This document shows positions 1-9,970 of a stretch of DNA of 64,000 bases, in pieces. Positions within the stretch are counted from its first letter, which is position 1. Each line of letters begins with the position of its first letter. The position numbers and the translations under genes were made by a program. The notes under the pieces were generated by a model. The model was not told the origin of the DNA, did no database searches, and saw only the letters and a list, made by a program, of their open reading frames with translations. The stretch covers positions 347 through 64,346 of IMG/VR virus record IMGVR_UViG_3300034088_000032; one strand, 5' to 3'. The stretch is from a virus.

Positions 1-207
1 GTTCGGTGCACGTGACTGGCCGGACGAGCACTGGCGGCTCGTGTGGGCCGTGTTCCGGTGGGCCGTCGAGACCCGACGGCCGGGCGGAGGGTTCCAGGCG
101 GTCGCAGACCTGTGGTGTGTGGCGCGCAGGCCCACGGCGTATCGGTGGGTGTCACGAGCACGTGATCTCGTCGCGTTGGAAGATCCAGATTCACCGACGG
201 AGGGTGG

Positions 208-741
208 TTACGTCCCGCCGCGTGCGGCGAACCTGGCCTCGAACGCGTCGGCGGCTGCCTGCTCGTCGTAGCGTTCCTCGACCGTCATGCCTTCGGGTGT
301 TGCCGTGATGTCCCGGTCGAGCCTGGCACGCTGTTTGTCGTCGCTGTTGCGTGCCATCGTCTGGTAGACCGCGGAGCACCAGGCGGCGAGGGAGATGCTG
401 GTGGCGTCGACGGCGGCCAGGGCGAGTTCCCCCACGACGCTGGTCTGACTGGTGCCCGCGCCGATCAGGCGGACTGCGGCCCACCAGGGCATGCCGGCGG
501 CGGCGGCGACGGCGTCTTTCGCTGCGACGGTGAGGTCTGCGGCGACGATGTCGCCGCGGCTGATGCGGTCGGTCAGGTCGAGGTCGGACGGGTCGATCAG
601 GCCGGGCACGACGTCAGACCACGAGCTGGTGATGGCGACGATCCATTCGGCCGCGGGTCGCGGCGGGATCCGGTGCTGGCGGCCGGCGATGTCGACGTCG
701 ATCGGCCAGCACCGGATGGCGGCGAGCCCGTTGATCTCCAC
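208..741 (-). CDS. Tail assembly chaperone-like protein
   Basis: Last complete gene of the tail operon, where the chaperone usually precedes the tape measure; 177 aa, helical; call mainly by position. Confidence 0.55.
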   Translation of the reverse strand: MEINGLAAIRCWPIDVDIAGRQHRIPPRPAAEWIVAITSSWSDVVPGLIDPSDLDLTDRISRGDIVAADLTVAAKDAVAAAAGMPWWAAVRLIGAGTSQTSVVGELALAAVDATSISLAAWCSAVYQTMARNSDDKQRARLDRDITATPEGMTVEERYDEQAAADAFEARFAARGGT

Positions 742-748
742 TTACCGG

Positions 749-1323
749 TTACCGGGTGGCGAGTCTGGCTGTGCCCTTCGACCCTGCGGGTCTGGTGCTG
801 GCCTGACGGCGGCGTTCGGCCCGGTTGATCTGTTCTTTGTTGGCCTCAGACAGGGCGTTCATCGCGCTCCGCAGTAGGACTCCGGCCCCGGTGAGATCGT
901 CCTTGCCTTGGAGGAGCAGGTTTTCGACGAACTCGACGTCGGCGGGGTTTACCACGACGTCGTGATCGTCATCAGGACCCGGTCGTAGCCGTTCAGGGCT
1001 TCTTCGACGCTGCCGAGTCTGCGGCTGCCGTCTGGTCCGTAGTCCTTGTACTGGTCGGCCAGGCGGCGCATGACGACCAGCTGTTCGAGTGAGGGCAGTT
1101 TCACGGCGATGTCGCGGCCGTGGAACGGAACGATCGCCCCGACGAGGGTCATCTCCTCGCCGGTCTCGCCGGTCTCGTCGGCCTCGTCGGCCTCGTCGGC
1201 CGTGTGGTCCGGGTCGGGTTCGTCGGTGCTGTCGATGACGTCGCCGTCGATGACGGCCGGCTCGTCGGGCTGCTGCTGGGCACGTTTCGGTGTCTTCGCT
1301 GTGGTGCGTGCGCGTGGCGGCAC
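749..1323 (-). CDS. Tail assembly chaperone-like protein split by a -1 frameshift near 957
   Basis: ORF 949-1323 ends YDRVLMTITT-SW*; the -1 frame continues VVVNPADVEFVENLLL (749-955) as a seamless protein. Confidence 0.5.
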
Positions 1324-1361
1324 GGGATGTCCTCCTGATCTCGTGACCTGCTGGGTAGGTG

Positions 1362-1802
1362 CTAGGCCTGTTCAGCCGTCCACCGGTGGCCTTCCTGGAG
1401 AGCGACCTGCTGGGCTGCGCGGGCGAGCCACGGCCGGGCGGGCGATCCGGGGTGACGGACTGATCGAGCGTGGATCACGCCGTCTGCGCCGCTGAACCTC
1501 AGTGCCTTCCGCCGGCGGGCTCGGATGGTGTGCGCGACGGTGCCGTTGTGGACGGCGGCGGCGTACTTGGCGGTGTTGCCGACCTGGCCGCGGACCCGGG
1601 TAGCGGTCTCGGAGGTCCGCATGTAGTGCTGGCCTCGCAGGTTGCCGGTGTCGACCGGGCAGTTGACGCTGGCCTGATTGTAGATCTTTCGGGTGGTGTT
1701 CGTGACGAGCCTGCGTACGGCGTCCTTCGCGACGCCCATGGCCGCGGGCCGGATGACCTTGACGCGGATGCGGCGCATTCGGATCTCGACCTCGGCGGTC
1801 AT
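1362..1802 (-). CDS. HK97 gp10-family tail-completion protein
   Basis: CPVDTGNLR and YAAAVHNGT motifs; RPWL near the C-terminus. Confidence 0.8.
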   Translation of the reverse strand: MTAEVEIRMRRIRVKVIRPAAMGVAKDAVRRLVTNTTRKIYNQASVNCPVDTGNLRGQHYMRTSETATRVRGQVGNTAKYAAAVHNGTVAHTIRARRRKALRFSGADGVIHARSVRHPGSPARPWLARAAQQVALQEGHRWTAEQA

Positions 1803-1814
1803 CGCGTCTCCCGT

Positions 1815-2084
1815 CTACAGGGGTGCGGGCAGTACGAACCCGTCAACGCCGACGACGTCGACCCATCCCCTGTCGACCAGTGCGAGCGTGCGTTCGTCTA
1901 GCGGGCAGTCCCACCGGTCGCCGACAAGGTGCTCGTTGAACGAGACGACGGCCTCCAGGGTCACGATCTTCGGTGCAGGTGTGGCCAGGGGTACCCGCCC
2001 GGCCTCGTTGACGTCGCCGGGCACCGTGTCGTCCGGTTCGGCCGGTGTATCCGGCACTGTCACCGATCTTACTGTTCGTGTCAT
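1815..2084 (-). CDS. Hypothetical protein of the virion module
   Basis: In operon, GGA-type RBS before ATG, typical codon usage. Confidence 0.5.
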   Translation of the reverse strand: MTRTVRSVTVPDTPAEPDDTVPGDVNEAGRVPLATPAPKIVTLEAVVSFNEHLVGDRWDCPLDERTLALVDRGWVDVVGVDGFVLPAPL

Positions 2085-2094
2085 TGGTGTCCTT

Positions 2095-2652
2095 TCAGGT
2101 GATCTGATGGCAGTCACACGAGTCCCCGGCGATGGTCACCGTGATGGTCACCCCGACGCAGCCGCCTTCGGTCGACATCGGCGACTGCTGCCCCTGGTAC
2201 ACCAGCCGGTCGAGGTGCCCGTCCATCGCCTTGAACCGGCACAGGGCGCGCCGTAGCGCGGCACCGTCTTCGAGGGTGGCGAGGGTGGTGTCTGCCCATT
2301 CATCACAGGTGGGCAGCGTCTCGACGGTACCGACCGGTGCGCACCGCGCGGCTCCCAGCTCGAAAGCCACGGCGTAGCGGCGGATGTCGCACGGCTCGAC
2401 CCGCTCGTCGGGGGACGGGAATCCGGCTTGCGCCGAAGGCCAGTTACCTGCCGGCCGCAGCCAGACCAGGCCCGAGCAGCACTCGTCCTGGTTGGCCGAC
2501 AGCAGGAGCTCCATCCGTTCTCCGGGGCGCAGGCAGACCTGCCGCGGCTCGACGTGGTGTGCCGCATCGAGCGCGTTGAACTCGGCGGTCAGCGCGGTGA
2601 GCAGGTCGACCGCGAGCGGGGCGACGAGTAGGTCTGGTAGGGGGGCGCTCAC
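2095..2652 (-). CDS. Tail terminator / head-tail stopper
   Basis: Cys-containing actinophage neck-protein pattern (ECCSG, ARCAP, GGCVG); follows the adaptor. Confidence 0.6.
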   Translation of the reverse strand: MSAPLPDLLVAPLAVDLLTALTAEFNALDAAHHVEPRQVCLRPGERMELLLSANQDECCSGLVWLRPAGNWPSAQAGFPSPDERVEPCDIRRYAVAFELGAARCAPVGTVETLPTCDEWADTTLATLEDGAALRRALCRFKAMDGHLDRLVYQGQQSPMSTEGGCVGVTITVTIAGDSCDCHQIT

Positions 2653-3428
2653 GCGACCCTCCGGGGGTTCGGCAGGTCAGGGGTCAGTACCATCGGCGGG
2701 GCGGCGAGCCGGCCGGGGTTCTCGGCGAGGATCAACGCATCGACTTCGGTGATGCCAGTCATGATCCTTCCGGTCTCGTCGGTGAGATCGACCGCCTGGA
2801 CCTCGACGCCTTGACGGGTCAGGGTCCGGATGCGGGTGGGCAGTCGACAGTCGCCACCCTGGCAGCCTTTGGCGAGTTCGCACGCATACCGGTTGGTGGC
2901 GTGCTGTACGGCCGGGGGGATCGGCCGGCCTCGGTCGTAGACGATCTCGAACGCTGCGGACGGATCGCTGTAGTCGTGACAGGTTGGCCAGCAGGCGCCG
3001 TCGATCCGCACGAGCTGGTAGCCGTTATGGACCTCGTACGCTGCTGCTGCGATGAGGTTGCCGGCTACGGTCACGGAGACGATGCCGACCTTCGTGGTCG
3101 GCCCGTCGAGGGCGACCTCACACTTCGCCGAGCACGAACACGACGTGCCGCACGCGCTGTTGTGCCACTGGCCGTGGTCGATGTAGGCGGCCTGGTAGTC
3201 GGTGCCGAGCCCGCTCGTCTCGACGGGGTAGTCGAGGTACAGCACGTCGCCAGGCCGTACGCATGGTCGTACGGTGATTCGGCACAGCCCGTACTGTCGG
3301 CCGGTCGCGGCCCACATGATCTGGCACGCGATGGTCTCCGCGTACAGTTTCGCGTCCGGTCCGAGGCTGTCCCAGCACGTCGTGCCGCATCCACATCCCG
3401 TCACGGTCCATCCGCACGGTGCGCTCAT
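2649..3428 (-). CDS. Head-to-tail adaptor
   Basis: MWAATGRQYG..TVRPC, ACELAK.C, CRLP, TRQGV, TGITEVD pattern of actinophage adaptors. Confidence 0.75.
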   Translation of the reverse strand: MSAPCGWTVTGCGCGTTCWDSLGPDAKLYAETIACQIMWAATGRQYGLCRITVRPCVRPGDVLYLDYPVETSGLGTDYQAAYIDHGQWHNSACGTSCSCSAKCEVALDGPTTKVGIVSVTVAGNLIAAAAYEVHNGYQLVRIDGACWPTCHDYSDPSAAFEIVYDRGRPIPPAVQHATNRYACELAKGCQGGDCRLPTRIRTLTRQGVEVQAVDLTDETGRIMTGITEVDALILAENPGRLAAPPMVLTPDLPNPRRVA

Positions 3429-3438
3429 GATCGTCAGA

Positions 3439-3789
3439 TTACAGGTCGTTGACGGTCATGGGCCCGTACGCGGCTGTTCGCCGCGACGTACCGATCAGTG
3501 CGTCGACCCGCCACACCCGGTCGTACGGCAGGTTCGTCGCGGTCGCCGGGATGAACACCTTCGCAGTGATCGACGCGGCGGTGTGGGCGGTGATGAGGAC
3601 CTGCGTCGGGTCGGCGGTGGTGAGCCGGACGACTCCGGCCGCCGTATCGGCGACGCATACCCGGTCTTTGATGACCGCTTCGACGGCGGTGACCGCGGTC
3701 AGGTCGTCTGCGGGGTCCGCCGGTGTGATCACCACGACGACGGTGACGGCCTGGCCCTGGTCGACGGTGATGGGGCTCCAGGTTGCCAT
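3439..3789 (-). CDS. Small beta-sandwich virion protein (BppU-N-like)
   Basis: Start MATWSPITVDQG after GAGG RBS; alternating beta-strand pattern. Confidence 0.5.
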   Translation of the reverse strand: MATWSPITVDQGQAVTVVVVITPADPADDLTAVTAVEAVIKDRVCVADTAAGVVRLTTADPTQVLITAHTAASITAKVFIPATATNLPYDRVWRVDALIGTSRRTAAYGPMTVNDL

Positions 3790-3809
3790 TCCGGCCTCTT
3801 TCCTGATCG

Positions 3810-4772
3810 TCAGTGGACGGTGACCGCCGCGGTGAGCGTCTGGACGGTGACCGCCGCGGTGAGCGTCTGGACCGTGACCGCCGCGGTCAGTGCGGGCAGG
3901 ACCGTCGGGCGGAGGTCTGTGACGGCTGGTGTGCCTGCCGGTGTGACCGCGGGGGCGGTCGCCACGATGGTCAGATCGGTGACCCCTGCGGTCAGGGATG
4001 CCGGTACCGCGGTGGTGTGGACGGTGCCGGGTACGGCGACGAGGTCGAGGGTCCCCGCCACGAGAGTGAGCGCCGTCGCGGTGCCTGCTGGGGAGACACC
4101 TGCGGGTGACACCGTGGCTGAGACGTCCGGGGTCACCGTTAAGAGCAGGATGTACCGGTCGAGGACCGGGTCTGTCCATGAGACGCCCGGGGTCTCCGCG
4201 GTCAGGCCTGCGTCGACCCGGGCCGCGACGAACGAGGCGGTACACGCCCCGGCCCCGCTGATCGGGTCGCCGGCGAACGGGCCGGCGGCGACCGGGGTGT
4301 ACCCGGTGCTCCAGACCGGTGCCGTGGGAGCTGCACCACTGGCGGGGACTCCGTGTAACGCGGCGAACGCGATCACGAGTTCGTTTCGCGCGGCGAGGGA
4401 ACCGCTGGACACCGCGGGGGTTGATGTTCCGGCGGGGGAGCCGGCCAGTTCGTACGCTGCCTGATCTGCGGGACCACAGTTGCGCCACCGCGACCACACC
4501 ATCGTCGTGTTGTAGTTCCCGGTGGTCGTGACGGTGACGTCTGCCGGTTCGCCACCGGTGGCCTGGCGTCGGAAGATGTACGCGCCCATGGCGCTGACGA
4601 CGCTCGGGGCTGCGGCGAACCCGGCTGGGGTGGCGACGACCGTGTCGGAGTTGACGCAGAGGACGTCGAGGTCCCCGACGGTGGGGGGACCTGCGGGGAA
4701 CGTGTACAGGTAGCCGGCGCCGCCGGTCGCGAACGCGACTCCGTCGGCGGCGACGAGTTCGATGCTGGTCAT
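3810..4772 (-). CDS. Thr/Ala/Val-rich minor virion protein with C-terminal repeats
   Basis: Start MTSIELVAADG overlaps the upstream stop; LTAAVTVQT repeated about 3 times at the C-terminus. Confidence 0.6.
   Translation of the reverse strand: MTSIELVAADGVAFATGGAGYLYTFPAGPPTVGDLDVLCVNSDTVVATPAGFAAAPSVVSAMGAYIFRRQATGGEPADVTVTTTGNYNTTMVWSRWRNCGPADQAAYELAGSPAGTSTPAVSSGSLAARNELVIAFAALHGVPASGAAPTAPVWSTGYTPVAAGPFAGDPISGAGACTASFVAARVDAGLTAETPGVSWTDPVLDRYILLLTVTPDVSATVSPAGVSPAGTATALTLVAGTLDLVAVPGTVHTTAVPASLTAGVTDLTIVATAPAVTPAGTPAVTDLRPTVLPALTAAVTVQTLTAAVTVQTLTAAVTVH
3814..3890. repeat. 27-bp tandem repeat, ~3 copies, in frame
   Basis: TGGACGGTGACCGCCGCGGTGAGCGTC repeated. Confidence 0.9.
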
Positions 4773-5413
4773 GGCACCGGGAGCACGATTACACCGGATC
4801 CCCCGAAATCGATGTTGAAGGCGCCGCCGCCTCCGACCTGGTCTGACGCGTACGTCCATACCCCGATGAGCGGCTGGGACGAGGCGAGGGCCGGCGTTCT
4901 GTCGGACAGGACGACGTGACGGAACGGTCCTGCGGAAAACGCCGCCCACGCCGGTGTCAGGTCAGCGGCTCCGAGGATGACTGCGGCCCGGCCGATGCAG
5001 GACCAGACGACGCCGCCGTCAGTCACGGTCTGTCCGGCGGTGGTCGGATAGGTTGGCGCACCGGTGCCGGTCGTGCCGGCGGTGACGCACCGGTAGATCC
5101 GGTTGTTCGCCGCGGCTGGCCGGACGACTTCGCCGGTCGCGTACGCGGTCGCGTCCGCGCGGGTGACAGGCCAGGCCGACGCGGCGACGACCGTTGACGT
5201 CGCAGACGCGAGCGTTGTCCCTCCGACGGTGTACCCGTCCCCGGTCGTGAGTTCGTCGGTGAGGTCAGCGACGGTCGTGTGTGCGGTCACGTCGGGCCCG
5301 TACGCGGCGGTGTGCAGCGTCAACGTGAGGGCGTCGCCCGGCCAGTCGAGGTTTCCCCGCATGGCCGCGTCGAACACGGCGGCGTACAGGCTGAGTTGCA
5401 GCGTTGTTGTCAC
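4769..5413 (-). CDS. Virion structural protein with an inserted CBM5/12-like module
   Basis: DW..D.L.L.L...Y..GG scaffold; insert YATGEVVR..IYRCVTAGTTG..P.YPT..GQTVTDGGVVW.C. Confidence 0.6.
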   Translation of the reverse strand: MTTTLQLSLYAAVFDAAMRGNLDWPGDALTLTLHTAAYGPDVTAHTTVADLTDELTTGDGYTVGGTTLASATSTVVAASAWPVTRADATAYATGEVVRPAAANNRIYRCVTAGTTGTGAPTYPTTAGQTVTDGGVVWSCIGRAAVILGAADLTPAWAAFSAGPFRHVVLSDRTPALASSQPLIGVWTYASDQVGGGGAFNIDFGGSGVIVLPVP

Positions 5414-5438
5414 AGGTGTTGATCCCTCCGTGGGATGC

Positions 5439-5469
5439 CCCGGGCCCCACCTGCACGGTGGGGCCCGGG
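5439..5469 (-). terminator. GC hairpin after the major tail gene
   Basis: CCCGGGCCCCACC-TGCAC-GGTGGGGCCCGGG. Confidence 0.65.
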
Positions 5470-5474
5470 GTTGT

Positions 5475-6176
5475 TCAGGTCGCCAGGACGAGTGTCTGTG
5501 CGCCGCAGACCGGGTCCGGAGGTGCCAGGTTCACCTTGCTGATCATGTCGTGGGCAGTCGACGAGAGCGGCGTGAACAGCCGGGCGGCGTTACCGAGCCT
5601 GTCCCGCTGGATGTAGTGCGGGCCGAATCCCCACTGGTTTCCGCTACGTGTGATCCCGTCGGACAGCGTGAAGTTGACAGCACCGTTTTCGATCTTCGGT
5701 TTCCCGACGATGCCGTTGGTCAGCCAGGGAATCAGGTAGTAGCCCCAACGTCGTCCCGTGGTCGACGTCGGGCAGGATCCGGTTGCGAGGTTGGTCCAGA
5801 GTTCCAGGGCGACGTTGCCGGATGCGTATACCGCGTCGTCGGTGGTGAATCCGATGCTGATCGGCGATACCGCGTCGTCGGTGACGATCGGTGCTCCGGT
5901 CATCAAGTTGAACAGTTCGGGGTCGACCTGACAGAACTCAATGTTGATCTTCACACCGTTGAGCTGCGGAGGGGTCACCCGGTAGTAGCAGCGGGTACCG
6001 TCGGCGAGCGTCGGGCCGATTTCCTGGCCCTTCGACACGTCGTCCTCGGGTTCCACGCTGATGAATCCCTTTGTCACGACGTATCCGCCGGCACCAGCCA
6101 CAGGGGCACCACACGAGTCGAGCTTCGTCGCGCGGAGCCGTATTCCCTGGAGGTAGCTATCGCACGTGGCGCTCAC
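5475..6176 (-). CDS. Major tail protein
   Basis: RATKLDSCG, GFISVE, FCQVDPEL, ALELWT, GYYLIPW pattern of actinophage tail tubes. Confidence 0.8.
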   Translation of the reverse strand: MSATCDSYLQGIRLRATKLDSCGAPVAGAGGYVVTKGFISVEPEDDVSKGQEIGPTLADGTRCYYRVTPPQLNGVKINIEFCQVDPELFNLMTGAPIVTDDAVSPISIGFTTDDAVYASGNVALELWTNLATGSCPTSTTGRRWGYYLIPWLTNGIVGKPKIENGAVNFTLSDGITRSGNQWGFGPHYIQRDRLGNAARLFTPLSSTAHDMISKVNLAPPDPVCGAQTLVLAT

Positions 6177-6466
6177 TTGTCTTCCTTCCTCTTTCGCGTC
6201 GGACCGCCGGCACGCGGCCTCTGGGCCGGCGGCTGCGGCTTCTCCGGTTCGGCCTGCACGGCACCCTCCGCCTGGTCCGTGACGGTCGCGTCGACGGCGC
6301 TGGTCGCGTCGAGGTACGCAGCGAGGAACCGGAGGGCGACGGCCTCGGACACGACGATGCCGCCATACCCGGTATCGATCGTCACGTCAGGTCCGACGAT
6401 GTCATGAACCGCGTCGATCAATTCCCGTTCGGCGAGCCCCGGGATTTCCCTGAGGATTACTGTCAT
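6173..6466 (-). CDS. Hypothetical protein
   Basis: ATGA/GTGA coupling to neighbouring genes. Confidence 0.55.
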   Translation of the reverse strand: MTVILREIPGLAERELIDAVHDIVGPDVTIDTGYGGIVVSEAVALRFLAAYLDATSAVDATVTDQAEGAVQAEPEKPQPPAQRPRAGGPTRKRKEDK

Positions 6467-7257
6467 GATTGCGGCTGCCAATCGAACGCCGCCGACGCGG
6501 CCACGCAGTCATACGACACCGCGTATTCCCGTTCGGCGAGTAACGTGTACTGATTGGTGTTTCGGTTGAACGCAGACGCTCCCGGGGTGACGAACACGTC
6601 GTCGCTGCGCCAGACGGTGACCTGCCCGCTGATGTAGATCGTCCCGTCGTCCGGGTACCCGCCACCGAAAACCCACACGGTGCCCAGTTGTGTACGAAGG
6701 ACTTGACCGTCGCGGACGACCAGACCGTCCTCCGTCGCGTACGCGGCGATGCGCGGTGAGGTGTGCAGGTACCCGAGGTAGCCGTACCCGGCGTCGCCAG
6801 GCGTCTGCCCGTACAACCACTGTTCCAGTTCACCCACCACTGCGGGCAGGGACGTGGTGACGGGCGGAACGAGCGGTGTTGCCCCGGCGGCGAGGATCGT
6901 GGCCATCCCGGCTTCCGCGACGGTCTGTTCGCCGTCTGTGAGTCTGCGCCTCACCCGATCTTCGAGCTGGGCCGGTGTGGTACCGGCCGACCCGCAGAGG
7001 ATCGACGCGTAGGCGACGAACGATTCTCGTTCGACCGTCGCCTCGCCCGCGTCGAACTCCTTCGACGCTGCCTCCGTATGGCATACCGCGTCGTACATGT
7101 GGGCGATGCCGCATCCGACCGGCGTATAGGTCACCCCGCCTGCCAGCCCGTGCGGGGCTGGCAGGCTCAGGGGACCATTCGCGGCCGTGAGCAGCCCGTA
7201 CCGCAGCCCCCGGGGTTCAGGTGGGCTGACCACCTGTGGCGGGATCATGTTGACCAT
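6463..7257 (-). CDS. Major capsid pentamer / minor capsid protein
   Basis: YGLL..A, F..YA...C, EQ...E, T.LGT.WVFGGGY, AER.Y...DC pattern; directly after the hexamer gene as in cluster-B-like phages. Confidence 0.7.
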   Translation of the reverse strand: MVNMIPPQVVSPPEPRGLRYGLLTAANGPLSLPAPHGLAGGVTYTPVGCGIAHMYDAVCHTEAASKEFDAGEATVERESFVAYASILCGSAGTTPAQLEDRVRRRLTDGEQTVAEAGMATILAAGATPLVPPVTTSLPAVVGELEQWLYGQTPGDAGYGYLGYLHTSPRIAAYATEDGLVVRDGQVLRTQLGTVWVFGGGYPDDGTIYISGQVTVWRSDDVFVTPGASAFNRNTNQYTLLAEREYAVSYDCVAASAAFDWQPQS

Positions 7258-7304
7258 GGCATCTCACCGCCTCTCCTGGTCGTAGTCACGGAGTCTGCTG
7301 CCGG

Positions 7305-9047
7305 TCAGGACGGGCAGCAGGCAGTGACGCCGGACGGGTCGACGTTGACGGTGTACTGCCGGGCGATCGGCCCCATCTGGAGCACGGCCCATCCGTCCTC
7401 GGCGAAGATGGCCGTGTACTCGTTCGTGGTGAGTTTCGTCGAGTCGTAGATCGTGTCCAGGGAGATGACGTCCTGGACCGCCTTGACGAACGTTCCGGCT
7501 GGGTAGACCAGGAAGTTGCAGGTCAGGGGGAACGCGGTCAGTGCCGCGGCACCACCGGGGCCGGTCGCGAGGCCGCTGAACGAGTCCTGCCAGTCGTAGA
7601 CGAACCTGGGGACCGCGCGACGCTCGGCGAACCAGGCGACGATCTGGGCGTCGGTCAAGCTGACCATGTCGACGCCGTTGCGCCGGCTCCCGGCTGCACG
7701 CAGCTGGGCGAGGACCCACATCGGCAGAACGACCTCCATCGTCCCGCCGAAGCTCATGCGCGCCGAGTACTTGGCGTCGATGATCGCCAGGTCGATGCCG
7801 GCGAGGAGCGAGGAGATCGCGTCGTCACCTGACGGGTCGGCGGGGACCACGGTCGCGGCGCCGGCCGCGGTGACCATCGCACCGATGACACCCTGATTGA
7901 TCTTGTGGGCGAGTGCGGTGAACGCGCCGCGGGTGAACCGGGCGACGAGTTCCGGGTACCCGCGGCGCTGGAGCAGGCCGCCGGTCAGGCAGACATAGTC
8001 GACGCCCAGGCGTACATCCGTGAATCCGGGGCAGGGGATGTCGTAGCAGTACTTGGAGGTCTCGGAGATCACCCCGGCCTCGGTGATGTGGGTCGTTCCG
8101 CTGTTGCCGATGCCTGCCCAGATCACCGAGAAGGCGGGGCCGCCGCCGGTCGGGATGTTCCACCCGCCACGGCTGGTCTGGAGTTCAGGCAGGTCGAGGA
8201 TGCCGTCGAGCGTTTCCAGTTCGACGAGGTCGTACATCGTCTCCGACGGTGCACACCAGCCCGCCGCGGCGGTCAGTGCCCGCCCCGACTTCATGGCGAG
8301 CTCCATCGACTTGACGAGGCTGCCGCCCGGCAGGCGTCGCTCACTGGCCGCGTATTCGGCGACGCGCATGCCGTTGGTGTCGTCCGCACGCAGCTCGATC
8401 GGGAACGACCGGCGCAGCTGCACCGCACCGTGGCGGGCGTAGGAGCGCATTTCCAGCAGCCGGCCGTCCTCGGAGTACGCCGAGACCGGCCGTCGGTCGC
8501 CGATCTGCTGGGCCGTACCGGCGCCCATCGCCGGGTACTGGTCGAGTCGCGCGGCCAGGGCGCGGGCGGCGTCGTCGAAGCTGGCCAGGGCGGCTCCGGT
8601 CGAGAACCCGGGCACGTCGGCAGCCGCGGACATGGTCGCCCACGCGGACCGGTCGGGCAGGTCGAGGGCCGGGGTAGTACCTGCGCGGCGGGCGGCGACG
8701 TCGCGGACCGTGGGAGTCCGGCGTCCGGTCGCGGCGGTCACGGTCGCCGGCTCCGGGACCGGGTCGACGGTGGGCTCGACGGTCGGCTCCACCGCGGCGG
8801 TGGTCGCGGCGGCCAGTTCGCCGGCGAGGCTCGCGGCTTCCGCGGCGCGGTCGGCGCGGTCGCCGATTTCGGTGGTGACGGACACGGCCAGGTCGCGAAG
8901 GGCCCGCAGTGTCTCCAGGGTCTCGGCGGTGGCCGGAACGCCGTCGCCGATCAGGCCGGCGGAGAACTCGCGGATCTGGCCGAGCAGCGCGGTGAGAACG
9001 TCGTCGGAGGCAGTCGTCAGGTCCGGGACGTCGAACGGGAATTCCAT
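7305..9047 (-). CDS. Major capsid hexamer protein with N-terminal scaffold-like region
   Basis: LTAAAGWCAPSETMYDL, GILDLPE...RGG, K.C..IPCP.F, LQRRGYPELVA; AAGGA RBS before ATG 9047. Confidence 0.88.
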   Translation of the reverse strand: MEFPFDVPDLTTASDDVLTALLGQIREFSAGLIGDGVPATAETLETLRALRDLAVSVTTEIGDRADRAAEAASLAGELAAATTAAVEPTVEPTVDPVPEPATVTAATGRRTPTVRDVAARRAGTTPALDLPDRSAWATMSAAADVPGFSTGAALASFDDAARALAARLDQYPAMGAGTAQQIGDRRPVSAYSEDGRLLEMRSYARHGAVQLRRSFPIELRADDTNGMRVAEYAASERRLPGGSLVKSMELAMKSGRALTAAAGWCAPSETMYDLVELETLDGILDLPELQTSRGGWNIPTGGGPAFSVIWAGIGNSGTTHITEAGVISETSKYCYDIPCPGFTDVRLGVDYVCLTGGLLQRRGYPELVARFTRGAFTALAHKINQGVIGAMVTAAGAATVVPADPSGDDAISSLLAGIDLAIIDAKYSARMSFGGTMEVVLPMWVLAQLRAAGSRRNGVDMVSLTDAQIVAWFAERRAVPRFVYDWQDSFSGLATGPGGAAALTAFPLTCNFLVYPAGTFVKAVQDVISLDTIYDSTKLTTNEYTAIFAEDGWAVLQMGPIARQYTVNVDPSGVTACCPS

Positions 9048-9049
9048 CG

Positions 9050-9250
9050 TGTGTCCTTGGGTCGGATACGCCCAGCCGGACCGCGGCGGCACTGGTACGT
9101 CGCGTCAACCGGTCGGGCGGACCGCAGCTGCCCCGACCGCAGAAGTTGATCGCTGGTGGGCACCGTAACACGCGAGGGTCACGGGTAGGCTGTGACTCGC
9201 CACGAGGCCGGAGGCCAGCACCTTAGGGGTTGGGTGCTGGCCTCCGTGCG
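9050..9250 (-). promoter_or_regulatory. Structured intergenic leader of the capsid gene
   Basis: Hairpins GGAGGCCAGCACC..GGTGCTGGCCTCC (9210-9245) and CGGTCGGG..CCCGACCG (9110-9139). Confidence 0.45.
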
Positions 9251-9271
9251 TACGTCTCGGGAGGGGACGTC

Positions 9272-9970
9272 TCAACCCAGTTCCGCGAGGGCTCTGCGGG
9301 CCTCGTCGACGATGGGTGCCATCAGGGATGTGTGGACCGCCTTGCGGTAGCGCATGAATAGGTCGAGCCCTTCGTGTGAGCCGATGCCTGGGCTTATCCG
9401 CGGCATCGGCGGATGCCACAGGTGGTATAGGGACGAAGGCGACCGCCACGGGCCGCCTGCGAGAACGTACAGCGCTCGCGCCCATGACAGGTCTTCCTGC
9501 CCCCACCCTTCGAACCTGGGATCGATCGGTATCGTCCGGGCGGTGCCGATGGGTAGTACGACCATGCCGCCGCCCGGTTGGCCTACGTACCGGTCCGCCA
9601 GTGATGACGTCGGTACGGGCTCGTCTGGCAGGCGCCTGTCGGCGTACACCTGCGTCGTGGCGAGCGGGGACAGGCGTAGGACGGTACGGAATGGTGCAGC
9701 CCAGGCGTAGCCCTGCTCGACCGCCACGACGGCGAGGTTGACGCCGGGCACGATCACGTCGGCGTCGCTGATCACGACGTGTGTGGTGTCGACCTCGTCG
9801 AGGGCGCGGTCGACCGCGCATCCTTTGCGCCACTGCGTGTCCGGCTGGTGGGTGCCCAGCACGATCGGATACCGCGGGTGGTGCGTCGTCCACCAGTCGA
9901 CGACGTATTCGAGCGCTGCCTCCCGGTGTGGGCAGCCGGGCCTCCAGGGGATGACGACGGTGACGCTCAT
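9272..9970 (-). CDS. Glycosyltransferase (GT2/GT7-like)
   Basis: VVIPWR start, DAD motif, RFEGWGQED, YHLWH. Confidence 0.88.
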   Translation of the reverse strand: MSVTVVIPWRPGCPHREAALEYVVDWWTTHHPRYPIVLGTHQPDTQWRKGCAVDRALDEVDTTHVVISDADVIVPGVNLAVVAVEQGYAWAAPFRTVLRLSPLATTQVYADRRLPDEPVPTSSLADRYVGQPGGGMVVLPIGTARTIPIDPRFEGWGQEDLSWARALYVLAGGPWRSPSSLYHLWHPPMPRISPGIGSHEGLDLFMRYRKAVHTSLMAPIVDEARRALAELG

